A stretch of DNA of 64,000 nucleotides from Synergistales bacterium. Its GTDB lineage: Bacteria > Synergistota > Synergistia > Synergistales > JAFGMB01. Both the position numbers and the translations under genes were made by a program. Positions within the stretch are counted from its first letter, which is position 1; the number at the start of each line of letters is the position of its first letter. Of the stretch, positions 40,151 through 51,174 are shown one piece after another. The notes beneath the pieces were generated by a model that ran no database searches, was not told where the DNA came from, and was given only the letters and a program-made list of their open reading frames with translations. The stretch lies in the NCBI GenBank assembly GCA_963666205.1, contig OY762654.1, positions 2,400,001 through 2,464,000 of the forward strand, read 5' to 3'.

Positions 40151-42154
40151 TTACCATCCACCGCCGCCTCCACCACCGCCTCCACCGCCGGAGGAACCAC
40201 CTCCGCCGAAGGCGGAACTCGACCCCGGAGGTGTTGATGCAGAACTGATCGCTCCCGAAAGCCCATGGCTAAGGCTCGAGGCAAAACTGTCCGAACCATA
40301 GAAAAAATAAGGTCCTGGTCCAACGTACCATCCAGGCTGGTAATTCGAAACTTCCAGGACATGGGAGAACCTCTCTGCCCATTGTTTTTCCACATCCAGG
40401 GCAATGGCATAGGGCAGCATCTTTTCGAACTGTTCTGGTGTATCCTCGGGCATATCCACCTGGGCAAAGCGTTTGATCCGCTCCCTTTCGGCAGTCCTGA
40501 GATACATCTCGAATCCTTCGAGCTTATCCATTATTGTTCGCCCTATGGGGGTGTAATTCTTCATCCACCTGGCGAAAAGTACATTCAGAACCAGGGCTGC
40601 TATCATGGCCAGGGCAAAATAGATCGAAGTCGATCTTGCCATGATACCCATACCTGCCACCTGACCGAAAATAAAGGGAATGGAAAAAGCTCCCATAAAT
40701 ATGCCCCTGAAGATGGCGCTTCCCTTGTTTTTCTGAAAACCCTCTCTCAATGCCTTGTACACTCCATAAACAAGTGCTGAAACTCCCACTGTCCACATGC
40801 TCAGCCATGCTGTCATGAATCCGAAGGCCGCTATGTTCCCTCCCGAGTTTGCCAGGAAAAGACCGGCTCCGCCCATGATCAGGATGGTAAGAGCTATTCC
40901 GGTTACTACGTAGGGAATATTCTTCTTAACCAGGGGCAGGCAGTAACCTTTCAGGTCACCTACAAGGAATTTCTTTGCTTCTCTCAGAGCTTCCCGGCTC
41001 GACTGGTTGATCACCAGGGTATTCCCATAGGGGAAGAGCAGGCTCAGAAAACTGCCTTCCATCATGTTAAGACCCTCACCCTTCTCGGTTCTTTTAAGAA
41101 TGTAGGTCTTGTCGGTTATCCTTGACCTGAACCGTTTCAGACTGCCCAGATGCCCATTTGCAAAAGTCCCTTCGTTGTAGTAAGAAAAGGCGCTGCCCAG
41201 TTCTTCAATAACCAGGTAACCCCGAACTGCCAGATCTATTATGGTGGATGTGAAAGCCTCGTCGGCATAGCCCTGGTTAACAAGAAAAGAGGCAGTAGCG
41301 GGGTTAACTTTCTCAGGAGGATAGAACAGGGGAATGATCCGTCCCGGCCGGAGGTCCTTGCCGTGGAGGAACCACACCGTAAGGTAATAGGCAAGAACAA
41401 GTATTATGGCCAGGATAGGTACATACCTTCCCACCAGTGCCATGTATTTGCCCCTGTTCATTGCCTTGTAATAACTCTCATCAGGGATCACATATCCCTT
41501 GGGCCATGCGGCAGCGATGGTAAAACCTTCTCCGGGCAAAAGGATCCTTGTGGTACTGAACTCGGCCCTGTTTCCATCAAAAGCTCCGGTACCGGCCCTT
41601 TCCTTTGAGCCCATTCTGCCGGTGAACCAGATTATATTCTGCAGGGGAGTTCCTTCAGGAAGAGAAATAGAAGCTGAAGCCTTTTCAATGGGAAACTTCC
41701 ATCCGTTGCCTGTAACGTTCCAGTAGAGTTCATCGTGGTCTTCAAAAAAGCCCAGCTGACCGGTGGTTTCATAGGTAATGGAATAGGTATGGCTGCCTCT
41801 GGGCACGATGGTGTCAGCATCTCCTATCCTTATTCGCACCCCGTTCTGCTGGTTCGTGACTTTGTATGCGACGGCAACCCCGTCGAGGTAGACATCAAAA
41901 ACCCTGAAACCCACCTTGACCGTATTGCCGTCCCGATCTTTGTAAGTAGTGGGAAAGTCGCGATAGATGCCATGGGTTATATTGACGTTCTCAACATTAA
42001 CGGTTATATCCTCTGTAACCGTCATTATCCCGCCCCTGTCAACCTGGATACTGCTATGGAAGGAACGGATAACCTCCATTCCCTGAGACAGGGAGGGGAG
42101 GAAAAGCAGGGCAAAAAATAATCCAAGGCAGATAAACAGCCGTTTATAATTCAT
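40151..42154 (-). CDS. DUF2207 domain membrane protein
   Basis: Motifs HDELYWNVTGNGWKFPI and FEKMLPYAIALDV; Gly-rich tail ending in W; adjacent to lemA. Confidence 0.9.
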   Translation of the reverse strand: MNYKRLFICLGLFFALLFLPSLSQGMEVIRSFHSSIQVDRGGIMTVTEDITVNVENVNITHGIYRDFPTTYKDRDGNTVKVGFRVFDVYLDGVAVAYKVTNQQNGVRIRIGDADTIVPRGSHTYSITYETTGQLGFFEDHDELYWNVTGNGWKFPIEKASASISLPEGTPLQNIIWFTGRMGSKERAGTGAFDGNRAEFSTTRILLPGEGFTIAAAWPKGYVIPDESYYKAMNRGKYMALVGRYVPILAIILVLAYYLTVWFLHGKDLRPGRIIPLFYPPEKVNPATASFLVNQGYADEAFTSTIIDLAVRGYLVIEELGSAFSYYNEGTFANGHLGSLKRFRSRITDKTYILKRTEKGEGLNMMEGSFLSLLFPYGNTLVINQSSREALREAKKFLVGDLKGYCLPLVKKNIPYVVTGIALTILIMGGAGLFLANSGGNIAAFGFMTAWLSMWTVGVSALVYGVYKALREGFQKNKGSAIFRGIFMGAFSIPFIFGQVAGMGIMARSTSIYFALAMIAALVLNVLFARWMKNYTPIGRTIMDKLEGFEMYLRTAERERIKRFAQVDMPEDTPEQFEKMLPYAIALDVEKQWAERFSHVLEVSNYQPGWYVGPGPYFFYGSDSFASSLSHGLSGAISSASTPPGSSSAFGGGGSSGGGGGGGGGGGW

Positions 42155-42170
42155 AAACCTGCCCCTGATA

Positions 42171-42722
42171 TTAAAATCGAACTTCCGGAACAGCGCGGGC
42201 TTCCTCTCCGGCCTCGAAATATTCCTTCTTTGTGAAACCGGCCATTCCGGCTATTACCGAATTGGGAAATACCTGTATGGTGTTGTTGTAATCCCGAACA
42301 GAACCGTTATAATAACGCCTTGCCATCTGTATCTCGCTCTCCAGGTCCGAAAGGGTCTGCTGAAGCTGGAGGAAGTTCGTATTGGCCTTCAGTTCAGGAT
42401 AGTTCTCTGCCACCGCAAAGAGGGTCTTCAATGCACCCGTCAGGGCATTTTCGGCAGTAGCCCTTTCCTGGACCGTTCCGGCACTTGTTGTACTTGCCCT
42501 TGCCTCTGTGACCTTCTCAAAGACATCCTTCTCGTGGGAGGCATATCCCTTCACAGTTTCAACAAGATTTCCCACAAGGTTGCTCCTTCGCTTGAGCTGA
42601 ACATCGATCCCGCTCCAGCCCTCCTCGGCCAGGTTCCTCATCCTGATCATCCGGTTGTAGATACCGATAAAGAAAAAAGCCGCCAAAGCAACTATCGCAA
42701 CAAATACAAGCAAAGCCAACAT
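42171..42722 (-). CDS. lemA: LemA family protein
   Basis: Motifs WSGIDVQLKRR, AVAENYPELKAN and ARRYYN. Confidence 0.93.
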   Translation of the reverse strand: MLALLVFVAIVALAAFFFIGIYNRMIRMRNLAEEGWSGIDVQLKRRSNLVGNLVETVKGYASHEKDVFEKVTEARASTTSAGTVQERATAENALTGALKTLFAVAENYPELKANTNFLQLQQTLSDLESEIQMARRYYNGSVRDYNNTIQVFPNSVIAGMAGFTKKEYFEAGEEARAVPEVRF

Positions 42723-43030
42723 TTCGGGCACCTCCACAGACAGTATTTCTAATATTTATATCACGGATAGGGAAGGGTAGTACAGGTTTTACGAAACCTT
42801 CAAGGATAATATTTCTCTTTCGAACTTGTGCTTGGATCTAAACGAAAAAATAGCAACTCAGCAGACCCATTAAGCTATGAGAAGTATTGTAAGATCATAC
42901 ATAAAGAGGATTTTTCTTCATGATTATGGGTATTTGATGCAGAACGAGGAAATTGTACCCGTTACATGATAACATTATCAGTTGTACTCAACGAAAGTCC
43001 CGTATATTATTTTTCCTATGGAGGAAACTT

Positions 43031-44122
43031 ATGAATAAGACAGCTCTTATCACCGGAGTCACGGGTCAGGATGGAGCGTACCTGGCTGAATTTCTTCTGA
43101 AAAAAGGCTACGAAGTCCACGGAATAAAGAGGAGAAGCTCCATATTCAACACCCAGCGTATTGATCACCTCTATGTGGACCTTCACGAAGAAGATCCCAG
43201 ATTCATACTCCACTATGGGGATCTTACAGATTCCTCCAACCTGATCCGAATAATCCAGGAAGTCCAGCCTGATGAAATATATAACCTTGCAGCCCAGAGC
43301 CACGTCCAGGTATCCTTCGAGGAACCCGAATACACGGCCAATTCAGATGCCCTTGGAACCCTGAGGATCCTTGAAGCCATCCGCATCCTGGGCCTCGAAA
43401 AGAAGGCCCGCTTTTACCAGGCATCCACCAGTGAGCTCTATGGCAAGGTCCAGGAAACACCACAGAAGGAGACAACACCCTTTTATCCAAGGAGTCCCTA
43501 CGCTGCAGCAAAACTCTATGCCTTCTGGATAACGAAGAACTACCGGGAAGCCTATGACCTCTTTGCCTGCAACGGCATCCTCTTCAACCACGAATCGCCC
43601 ATCCGGGGTGAGACCTTTGTAACCCGCAAGATCACAAGGGCAGTGGCACGGATAAAACTGGGCCTGCAGAAAAAAATGTATCTTGGTAACCTCAACTCCA
43701 AAAGAGACTGGGGCTTTGCCAGGGACTATGTTGAAGCCATGTGGCTAATGCTACAGCAGGATAAGCCCGATGACTTTGTTATCGCAACAGGTGAGACCCA
43801 CATGGTCCGTGAATTTGTGGAGTTAGCCTTTAAAGAGGTAGGCATGGATATCAAGTGGCAGGGTGAGGGCATAAAGGAAAAGGGAATCAATGTCGAAAGT
43901 GGAGAAGTGCTGGTCGAAGTTGATCCTCGTTACTTCCGCCCCACCGAAGTTGAACTGCTGCTGGGAGACCCCACCAAGGCAAAGACGATATTGGGGTGGG
44001 AACCAAAGGTGACATTTAAGGAACTTGTTAAACTTATGGTGAAGAAGGACCTGGATCTCTTCAGGATGGATATCCTCTGCAAAGAGGCCGGCTTCACCGT
44101 CAACCACCATTTGGAAGAATAA
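43031..44122 (+). CDS. gmd: GDP-mannose 4,6-dehydratase
   Basis: Motifs [31 protein letters not shown] and RDWG. Confidence 0.96.
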   Translation: MNKTALITGVTGQDGAYLAEFLLKKGYEVHGIKRRSSIFNTQRIDHLYVDLHEEDPRFILHYGDLTDSSNLIRIIQEVQPDEIYNLAAQSHVQVSFEEPEYTANSDALGTLRILEAIRILGLEKKARFYQASTSELYGKVQETPQKETTPFYPRSPYAAAKLYAFWITKNYREAYDLFACNGILFNHESPIRGETFVTRKITRAVARIKLGLQKKMYLGNLNSKRDWGFARDYVEAMWLMLQQDKPDDFVIATGETHMVREFVELAFKEVGMDIKWQGEGIKEKGINVESGEVLVEVDPRYFRPTEVELLLGDPTKAKTILGWEPKVTFKELVKLMVKKDLDLFRMDILCKEAGFTVNHHLEE

Positions 44123-44211
44123 CAACCTGCAAAGTCAAGACGTGTTTAACACGGTATCTCTGCGGTAAAAATAGATTTTCAGTGGTTGTCTTTTCTGGAG
44201 GGATTATATAA

Positions 44212-45141
44212 ATGGATAAAAATTCAAAGATCTACATCGCCGGGCACCGGGGCCTCGTCGGCTCCGCTATAGTCCGCAAGCTCCAAAGCCTCGGCTACAC
44301 CAATCTTCTTACCCGAACCAGCAGGGAACTGGATCTCCGCAATCAGGCAGCCGTTGCTGAGTTCTTTGAGCAGGAAAAACCTGATTATGTCTTTCTTGCA
44401 GCTGCCAAGGTGGGCGGCATCATGGCCAACAGCACCTATGGAGCAGAGTTCATATACGACAACATAATGATTCAGACCAATATAATTCATAACTCCTACA
44501 AAAGTGGTGTAAAGAAGCTCCTTTTCCTGGGCAGTTCCTGCATCTATCCCAAGTTCGCCCCCCAGCCCATGAAGGAAGAATATCTCCTGACCGGAGAACT
44601 TGAACCAACCAACGAACCCTACGCAATTGCCAAGATAACGGGCATCAAGATGTGCCAGGCCTATAACCGGCAGTATGGTACCAACTATATATCCGTCATG
44701 CCCACAAATCTTTATGGTCCTAACGATAACTTTGACCTCGAAACCTCCCATGTACTACCAGCCATGATCCGCAAGTTCCACGAGGCTAAGCTCAACAACA
44801 GTCCTGAAGTTGTCCTATGGGGTACAGGTTCTCCCAAACGTGAGTTCCTACATGTGGACGATCTTGCCGATGCCTGTGTATTCCTCATGAATAATTACGA
44901 CGGAACAGAGATCGTAAATATTGGCACGGGAGAAGACCTGACCATCAAGGAACTTGCCGAGATGATAAAGGATATTGTTGGTTTTGAAGGCAAAATAACC
45001 TGGGATAGTTCGAAGCCTGATGGAACGCCGAGGAAATTGCTGGATGTTTCGAAGCTTAAAGAAGCTGGTTGGTTTTATACAGTACCCCTGAAGGAAGGGA
45101 TAGAACAAACCTATGAATGGTTTAGAAATTCTGTTAAGTAG
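44212..45141 (+). CDS. fcl: GDP-L-fucose synthase
   Basis: Motifs [28 protein letters not shown] and KPDGTPRK. Confidence 0.96.
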   Translation: MDKNSKIYIAGHRGLVGSAIVRKLQSLGYTNLLTRTSRELDLRNQAAVAEFFEQEKPDYVFLAAAKVGGIMANSTYGAEFIYDNIMIQTNIIHNSYKSGVKKLLFLGSSCIYPKFAPQPMKEEYLLTGELEPTNEPYAIAKITGIKMCQAYNRQYGTNYISVMPTNLYGPNDNFDLETSHVLPAMIRKFHEAKLNNSPEVVLWGTGSPKREFLHVDDLADACVFLMNNYDGTEIVNIGTGEDLTIKELAEMIKDIVGFEGKITWDSSKPDGTPRKLLDVSKLKEAGWFYTVPLKEGIEQTYEWFRNSVK

Positions 45142-45466
45142 GCATCTGATAAATAAGATACTGAATGATTTATGTTTCATTTGACAGGCCTTTTTGTAAA
45201 GCTGATTTCTTTAATGTTTGTATATAGTGGTCAACCTGTGAACCCAGTGAAGCAAGCTCCTAAATCTAGCACACATTCCTTGGTCTTGCATCAGAATGAG
45301 TAGTGTCGTTTTTATTTTAACTAGTCTTGTGTTGGTTTGTTGAATATCGAAAGCATAGTTTTAACTACATTATTAACAATAGAAACCTTTTAAGGAAGTC
45401 GTAATTCTCAAATATTGGTATGGTAATTACAAATATTCAAAAGTCTTGGAAGGGATACTATCAATA

Positions 45467-46798
45467 ATGTTATCAAGGTTAGTACTATTCATAAAAAAAC
45501 CTTTCATTCGTAATGTAACGATGATAGCTACTGGAACAGCAATGGCGCAAATAATTAGCGTTTCATTTGCGCCAATTATAACTCGCCTTTATGGTCCTGA
45601 AGCTTTTGGTGTGTTAGGTGTATTTAGTTCTATAGTGGCAATTTTTACACCCGTGGCTGCATTAACATATCCTATTGCTATTGTTTTACCCTCCCAAGAT
45701 TCGGATGCAAAGGGATTAATACGCTTATCTCTTATTATTGCTGCGTTGATTGCTGTGTTAATGATAGTATTATTGTTAATATTTAACAATCCATTTGTGC
45801 ACTATCTTAAAATTGAAGTCATTGAACCATATCTGTTTCTAATACCCCTAGCCATGTTTTTGGGTGCTTGCCTACAAGTTACACAACAGTGGCTTATTCG
45901 TAAAAGACAATTCAAAATACGAGCGAAAATAACTGTCATTCAATCTCTTATCATTAACAGTGTCAAGACTTTTATGGGATTCATTAATCCCATTGGGGCG
46001 GTATTGGTCCTGGTCAACACCATAGGCACAGCCCTTCATGCATTAATGCTTATGTGGAGTGTTTCTAAAGTTACTAGTCAAGAAAGAAGACAGAAAAATG
46101 AAGAAGATAGGACACCATCTTTATGGGCGCTTGCTAAAAGTCATCACGATTTCCCATTATATAGAGGACCACAAGTCTTTATTAACTCCATCTCTCAAAG
46201 CTTACCTATACTTATGCTCTCGGCTTTTTTTGGACCTGCAGCAGCTGGTTTTTATAGTATAAGCAGGACAGTGATGGGTTTGCCTTCTCGTTTGATAAGT
46301 CAGTCTGTGGGTGATGTGTTTTATCCCCGGATTACGCAAGGGGCGCATGATAATGAGAATATTACCAGATTAATTGTGAAAGCAACTCTTGCTTTAGCTG
46401 CGATAGGGATTGTTCCCTTTGCTATTATTGTTGTTTTTGGACCTTGTTTGTTTGAATTCCTATTTGGTTCAGAATGGATTAAGGCTGGAGAATATGCTAG
46501 ATGGTTGGCCCTATGGTTATTTTGGGGATTTATAAATAAACCGAGTGTGATCGCTATACCGGTTTTAGGTTTGCAAAAAGCGTTACTGATTTATGAAATA
46601 TTCAGTACTGCTTCAAAAATTCTGGCCCTTTCGATTGGGTTCTTTATTTTTTCTGATGATGTTATAGCCGTAGCATTGTTCTCAATATTTGGTGTTTTTG
46701 CTTACGCTTATTTAATATTATGGGTTGTTTCTAAAAGCATGTATTATAAAAATAGATGGATAACAGGTGGATCCAAGAATGAAAAAACAGGTAGATAA
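45467..46798 (+). CDS. Wzx-type polysaccharide flippase
   Basis: PIITRLYGPEAFG motif, multi-TM profile and low GC. Confidence 0.85.
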   Translation: MLSRLVLFIKKPFIRNVTMIATGTAMAQIISVSFAPIITRLYGPEAFGVLGVFSSIVAIFTPVAALTYPIAIVLPSQDSDAKGLIRLSLIIAALIAVLMIVLLLIFNNPFVHYLKIEVIEPYLFLIPLAMFLGACLQVTQQWLIRKRQFKIRAKITVIQSLIINSVKTFMGFINPIGAVLVLVNTIGTALHALMLMWSVSKVTSQERRQKNEEDRTPSLWALAKSHHDFPLYRGPQVFINSISQSLPILMLSAFFGPAAAGFYSISRTVMGLPSRLISQSVGDVFYPRITQGAHDNENITRLIVKATLALAAIGIVPFAIIVVFGPCLFEFLFGSEWIKAGEYARWLALWLFWGFINKPSVIAIPVLGLQKALLIYEIFSTASKILALSIGFFIFSDDVIAVALFSIFGVFAYAYLILWVVSKSMYYKNRWITGGSKNEKTGR

Positions 46799-47408
46799 AA
46801 CACATTACCAATTTTCTCATTATGTGAATAAACGGCGATGGATAAGTATCTGGCATCAGGTTGACGAAGTTATTTCTCTGGCACCAAGAAGTGTATTAGA
46901 AGTTGGACCTGGTCCGGGGATTTTTAAACAAATTGTAACTGGTTTAGGTTACTGTGTTGAAACTGTCGATATAGATTCAGATTTACAACCTGATCATGTG
47001 GCATCAGTTACAGCTTTACCGTTCTCAGATGGTGAATTTGACTTAGTCTGTGCATTTCAGATGCTGGAACATCTGCCATATGAAGAATCTAAAGTTGCAT
47101 TTAAAGAAATGGTAAGAGTGAGTAGGAAAAATTTAGTTATAAGTCTTCCTGATGCTAAATCATTGTGGAGATATATTTTTCACATCCCGAAATTAGGCGA
47201 CGTAGAACTTTTTATGCCAAGACCAAGGCTAATTCCTCTAATGCACGAATTTGATGGGGAACATTATTGGGAAATAAATAAAAGAGGTTATGCTTTATCT
47301 AGGGTAATAAAAGATTTTGGTAGTTGTGGTGCCCACTTGAAGAGAACTTATAGAGTGAAAGAGAACCCATATCATAGGTTTTTTATCTACAAAAAAGATA
47401 AAATATGA
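46779..47408 (+). CDS. Class I SAM-dependent methyltransferase
   Basis: Motifs VLEVGPGPG and LPFSDGEFDLV...LEHL. Confidence 0.88.
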   Translation: MKKQVDKTHYQFSHYVNKRRWISIWHQVDEVISLAPRSVLEVGPGPGIFKQIVTGLGYCVETVDIDSDLQPDHVASVTALPFSDGEFDLVCAFQMLEHLPYEESKVAFKEMVRVSRKNLVISLPDAKSLWRYIFHIPKLGDVELFMPRPRLIPLMHEFDGEHYWEINKRGYALSRVIKDFGSCGAHLKRTYRVKENPYHRFFIYKKDKI

Positions 47409-47749
47409 TGTGTAAGATGAAAGAAATAATATTTTGAATAAGCATAATTGCAATAGATAGGGAAAATGAAAAAATATTTAAGTAAATTCTCAAAGAGAGG
47501 ACTCAAGAAAACGAAAAGATCTTGAGGTTATGACTGGAGGGGGTCCTCAAAATATGTCATGGAAATGTTTTTTGAGGTCGAGGTTATGAATCTTTAAAAT
47601 AGACAGTTAGTTCGCCATTGAAATCAATCGAGGAAGTCTGGATGGACATTAACGCAATCGAAATATCAAAAAGGAAAAGGCAACAAATGTGTTCAGGAGT
47701 ATATGCAATAATTTCAGATTAGTTTTATTTTTGAAATGGAGGTTTTTAT

Positions 47750-49000
47750 TTGAAAATCCTTCACGTTATTGCAGGTGATCTCACTGGCGGGGCTGCAAGG
47801 GGAGCATACTGGCTGCATCAAAGCCTTTTATCAATTCGTGTAGATTCTTCTGTCATTGTCCAAAAAGGGCAATATAATGACCCCACAGTTTTTTCTATGG
47901 AAACTAATACAATGAATAAACTAGGCATAAGGCTTATTTCAAAGATTAATTCAAAGATTAATTCAGCCCCCTTAAGATTTCTATATCAAGATAGAAAAAA
48001 GACTCCTTTCAGTACTGGGTTTGGTGGAAATGATATCAGACAGCATCCAGCTTTTAAAAGTGCGGATATAATCCATTTACATTGGATAAATGCCGGAATG
48101 ATAAACTTTAAATTATTAAAGAGTTTTCATAAGCCTATTATATGGACTATGCGTGATATGTGGCCTTTTACTGGAGGATGTCATTATGCTCTTGATTGTG
48201 ATAAATATGAAGATAGATGTGGCGCTTGTCCTCAATTGAATAGTGATTATCAATATGATCTTTCCAGATGGATATGGAAGAGAAAGTGCTCAAATCTTCC
48301 TGAAAGCCTTCATTTAGTTGCAATAAGCAATTGGCTGGGAGATGTTGCTCAAAACAGTTCAATTTTTTCGAATTATCAAGTTAAGGTTATCCCTAATGGT
48401 ATAGATATAAAGGTGTTTAAACCAGTTGATAAGATACAGGCTAAGAAAATACTGAACTTACCTTTGGATAAACCAGTAATTCTTCTTGGAGCGAAGAATG
48501 TACATGACAGCTATAAAGGTTTTCCTGAGTTTATCAAAGCAGTTGATTTCCTGAGAGATAAGGACTTTCATTTTGTATTATTTGGAAAGGTTGATTGTGG
48601 TGTTTTAGATAAAGTTCAAATACCATATACTAACCTAGGATCTTTCCAAGATGAACTAGCTTTAAGATTAGTGTATAGTGCCGCGGATGTTTTTGTTGCG
48701 CCATCTATACAAGAAGCTTTTGGCAAAACTTTGGTAGAATCAATGGCCTGTGGAACCCCAGTAGTAGCTTTTAATGCTACTGGTCCTAAGGATATTGTTA
48801 CTCATAAAGAAACCGGTTACCTAGCTACGCCTTTTGAACCTGAAGATCTTGCACGTGGAATTAAATGGGTCCTTGAAGATGAAGAACGAAAAAAGTGCCT
48901 TTCCCAAAAGGCCAGGGAAAAGGCAGAGATGTGTTTTGATGTTAAGCAGGTTGCACAACAATACTTAAAGCTGTATGAAGAAGTTCTTGGTTCAGATTAA
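47750..49000 (+). CDS. GT4 glycosyltransferase (WcaC-like)
   Basis: Motifs DIIHLHW, DMWPFTGGCHY and EAFGKTLVESMACGTPV. Confidence 0.9.
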   Translation: MKILHVIAGDLTGGAARGAYWLHQSLLSIRVDSSVIVQKGQYNDPTVFSMETNTMNKLGIRLISKINSKINSAPLRFLYQDRKKTPFSTGFGGNDIRQHPAFKSADIIHLHWINAGMINFKLLKSFHKPIIWTMRDMWPFTGGCHYALDCDKYEDRCGACPQLNSDYQYDLSRWIWKRKCSNLPESLHLVAISNWLGDVAQNSSIFSNYQVKVIPNGIDIKVFKPVDKIQAKKILNLPLDKPVILLGAKNVHDSYKGFPEFIKAVDFLRDKDFHFVLFGKVDCGVLDKVQIPYTNLGSFQDELALRLVYSAADVFVAPSIQEAFGKTLVESMACGTPVVAFNATGPKDIVTHKETGYLATPFEPEDLARGIKWVLEDEERKKCLSQKAREKAEMCFDVKQVAQQYLKLYEEVLGSD

Positions 49001-49119
49001 AAATGTTACCGTTAATTGAAATATCAGGAAAAACTATGGACGAATGGGTTTGTGCCGACAAATTATACTTCTTATTTTGGGAGTTCATAAAATCACTTTT
49101 GGAAGGTTGGGTTTAATCG

Positions 49120-49941
49120 TTGGAATTAAAAAATGACTTGGATTACCCCCTTGTTAGCATTATAACTGTTACGCTCAACTCTGAAAAAACAGTTAGAGAT
49201 ACTATCGAAAGTGTCCTTAACCAGACTTATAAAAACATCGAATATATAATCGTCGATGGCTGTTCCTCCGATAAGACCCTGGAAATAGTCAATGAATATA
49301 AAGGATCTATTTCCAAGATTATATCGGAACCTGATTCGGGTATCTATGATGCTATGAACAAGGGGATAAACTTGGCGAGTGGTGAATATATAGGTATTTT
49401 GCATTCTGATGATACTTATGTTTCTGATGCTATTGAGTCTGTCGTGAATGCTTTTCTTACGGATCCTTCTGCTGATATCCTCTATGGCAATATTCTTATG
49501 TATGATGAAAAATACGGAATATCATGCAAACTTTTTCCCGAAAAATTACCAATGCTTCGTCTGAAAATGGCAATCCACCATCCTTCATCTTTTATAAGAA
49601 AAGAAGTCTATTGTGTAATGGGCGGTTTTTCTTTAAGGTATAAAATTGCTGGTGACAGGGAATTTATGTTAAGAGCATTTGAGCAAGGATTTTCTTTTTT
49701 ATATTTGAATAAAGTCCTTGCTCATATGTCTTTTGGGGGGATGAGCGATGTAAGATATGTTCTCACAGCTTTTGAAGATTTATCTCTCTCATTTAAATAT
49801 AAGGGTAACATGATTCGATCATTATTTCTTTTTTTTCAGAAAGTTCTTTCTGTAAAAAGGCCTATGAGATTGTTTCTTGAAAAAATCGGTTTAGACTATT
49901 TTGTTAAACTCCATAAACAGAGAATTCTAAAAAATAAATAA
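49120..49941 (+). CDS. GT2 glycosyltransferase (WcaE-like)
   Basis: Motifs VSIITVTLN, DGCSSD, SEPDSGIYDAMNKG and HSDD. Confidence 0.9.
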   Translation: MELKNDLDYPLVSIITVTLNSEKTVRDTIESVLNQTYKNIEYIIVDGCSSDKTLEIVNEYKGSISKIISEPDSGIYDAMNKGINLASGEYIGILHSDDTYVSDAIESVVNAFLTDPSADILYGNILMYDEKYGISCKLFPEKLPMLRLKMAIHHPSSFIRKEVYCVMGGFSLRYKIAGDREFMLRAFEQGFSFLYLNKVLAHMSFGGMSDVRYVLTAFEDLSLSFKYKGNMIRSLFLFFQKVLSVKRPMRLFLEKIGLDYFVKLHKQRILKNK

Positions 49942-49954
49942 CTTTCTAATAAAA

Positions 49955-51094
49955 CTATTTTATAGTGGCAGCAATAATTTTATGTATTCGGGATTCGAAA
50001 ATTTCAAATGAATAGTTATTTTCCCAGTATTTTAGAGCATTTCTTGACCATTGCTCAAGGATTTCGGGGTTTCTTATAGCTTGCTTTATTGGTAATACCA
50101 TACTTTTGATATCGTTGACATTCCTGCCATAGGAGTCACAATCGTCATAACCCTCTAGTCCAAGTTGAGTTCCAATTACTGGAGTTCCACAGCTCAGAGA
50201 TTCCGCGACTCTAACCTTCATACCACAACCGAACAAATCAGGTAATATAAATAGTTTTGCATTATTGATTAGAGTCGTGATGTCTGTTGGGTTTGGAAAT
50301 ACTTGTACGGATGGTAAATTTAAGCATTTGTCTAGGAGAGTATTCCCAGGGTTTCTTCCTGCGATTGAAAGATTAATTCCCAAAGGAGCTAATTCTCCCC
50401 AACAGATATTTAAAAATTCTAAAATGGAATTTTCATTTGATATACGGTTAAGGCCACCAATGTACAATAAGTCCAAGGGTCTAGATATTAAAGGGTTATT
50501 TGTGCGGTTCATTTTATTAAAAGTGCATACAGAGTGAAAAAAAACCTTTTCACTGGGAATCGTTCCGTAGATTTGTTCAATACGTCTAAGGTCACCTTGA
50601 TGTAGGGCTAGAATAATATCCGAATATTTAAGTGTTATCCTTTCCGAAATGTGAGATGTGTAAGAAAGGAAATTTTTTCTCAGTCCCTTATTATTTACCC
50701 TTTGATAGTCTTGTTCTACATTGTGGATGCAAGAAATTACAGGAGGAAGAGAGTGTCCTTGATTGAAAACAAATCCGCAAAGAGTGGATTCAATAAAGAT
50801 AAGATCATATGTTTTGATTTTTGGTAGGAATACTTTCTTAAACCGAGCGTAAATCTTTGTTGCGTTGAAGGTCAATAGGGAGTAAACCTTATCAGATATT
50901 TTGCTACTCACGATTTCGACCTTCGCTATTTTATCGCTATAACTTTCAAATAATTCTGAATTTATGGCAGGGCATAGAATGTCTATTTTATTTGTCAGTG
51001 GAGAAGAAGCAAGGCTTAGCAAATTAGCTGTAGCATGCATCCCGCCACCGTAATCATATGATAAGGGGTAAGGAGTAATATATAAAATATTCAT
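49955..51094 (-). CDS. GT4-like glycosyltransferase
   Basis: GCGMKVRVAESLSCGTPVIGT motif. Start at MNILYITP after GAGGTG. Confidence 0.8.
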   Translation of the reverse strand: MNILYITPYPLSYDYGGGMHATANLLSLASSPLTNKIDILCPAINSELFESYSDKIAKVEIVSSKISDKVYSLLTFNATKIYARFKKVFLPKIKTYDLIFIESTLCGFVFNQGHSLPPVISCIHNVEQDYQRVNNKGLRKNFLSYTSHISERITLKYSDIILALHQGDLRRIEQIYGTIPSEKVFFHSVCTFNKMNRTNNPLISRPLDLLYIGGLNRISNENSILEFLNICWGELAPLGINLSIAGRNPGNTLLDKCLNLPSVQVFPNPTDITTLINNAKLFILPDLFGCGMKVRVAESLSCGTPVIGTQLGLEGYDDCDSYGRNVNDIKSMVLPIKQAIRNPEILEQWSRNALKYWENNYSFEIFESRIHKIIAATIK

Positions 51095-51174
51095 AATTGT
51101 ACACCTCTTCAATATATATTCTTCTATACGTTTAAGATAAACTGGGAAAAAGTGCAATCAGGGAACATCAGATC

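Noticed and set aside
40151-40215. CCG/CCA trinucleotide-like repeat
   Set aside because: It encodes the ordinary Gly-rich tail of DUF2207 proteins.
47409-47749. 340-nt gap inside the glycan locus as a possible gene remnant
   Set aside because: Only very short ORFs without recognisable similarity; a pseudogene call cannot be supported.
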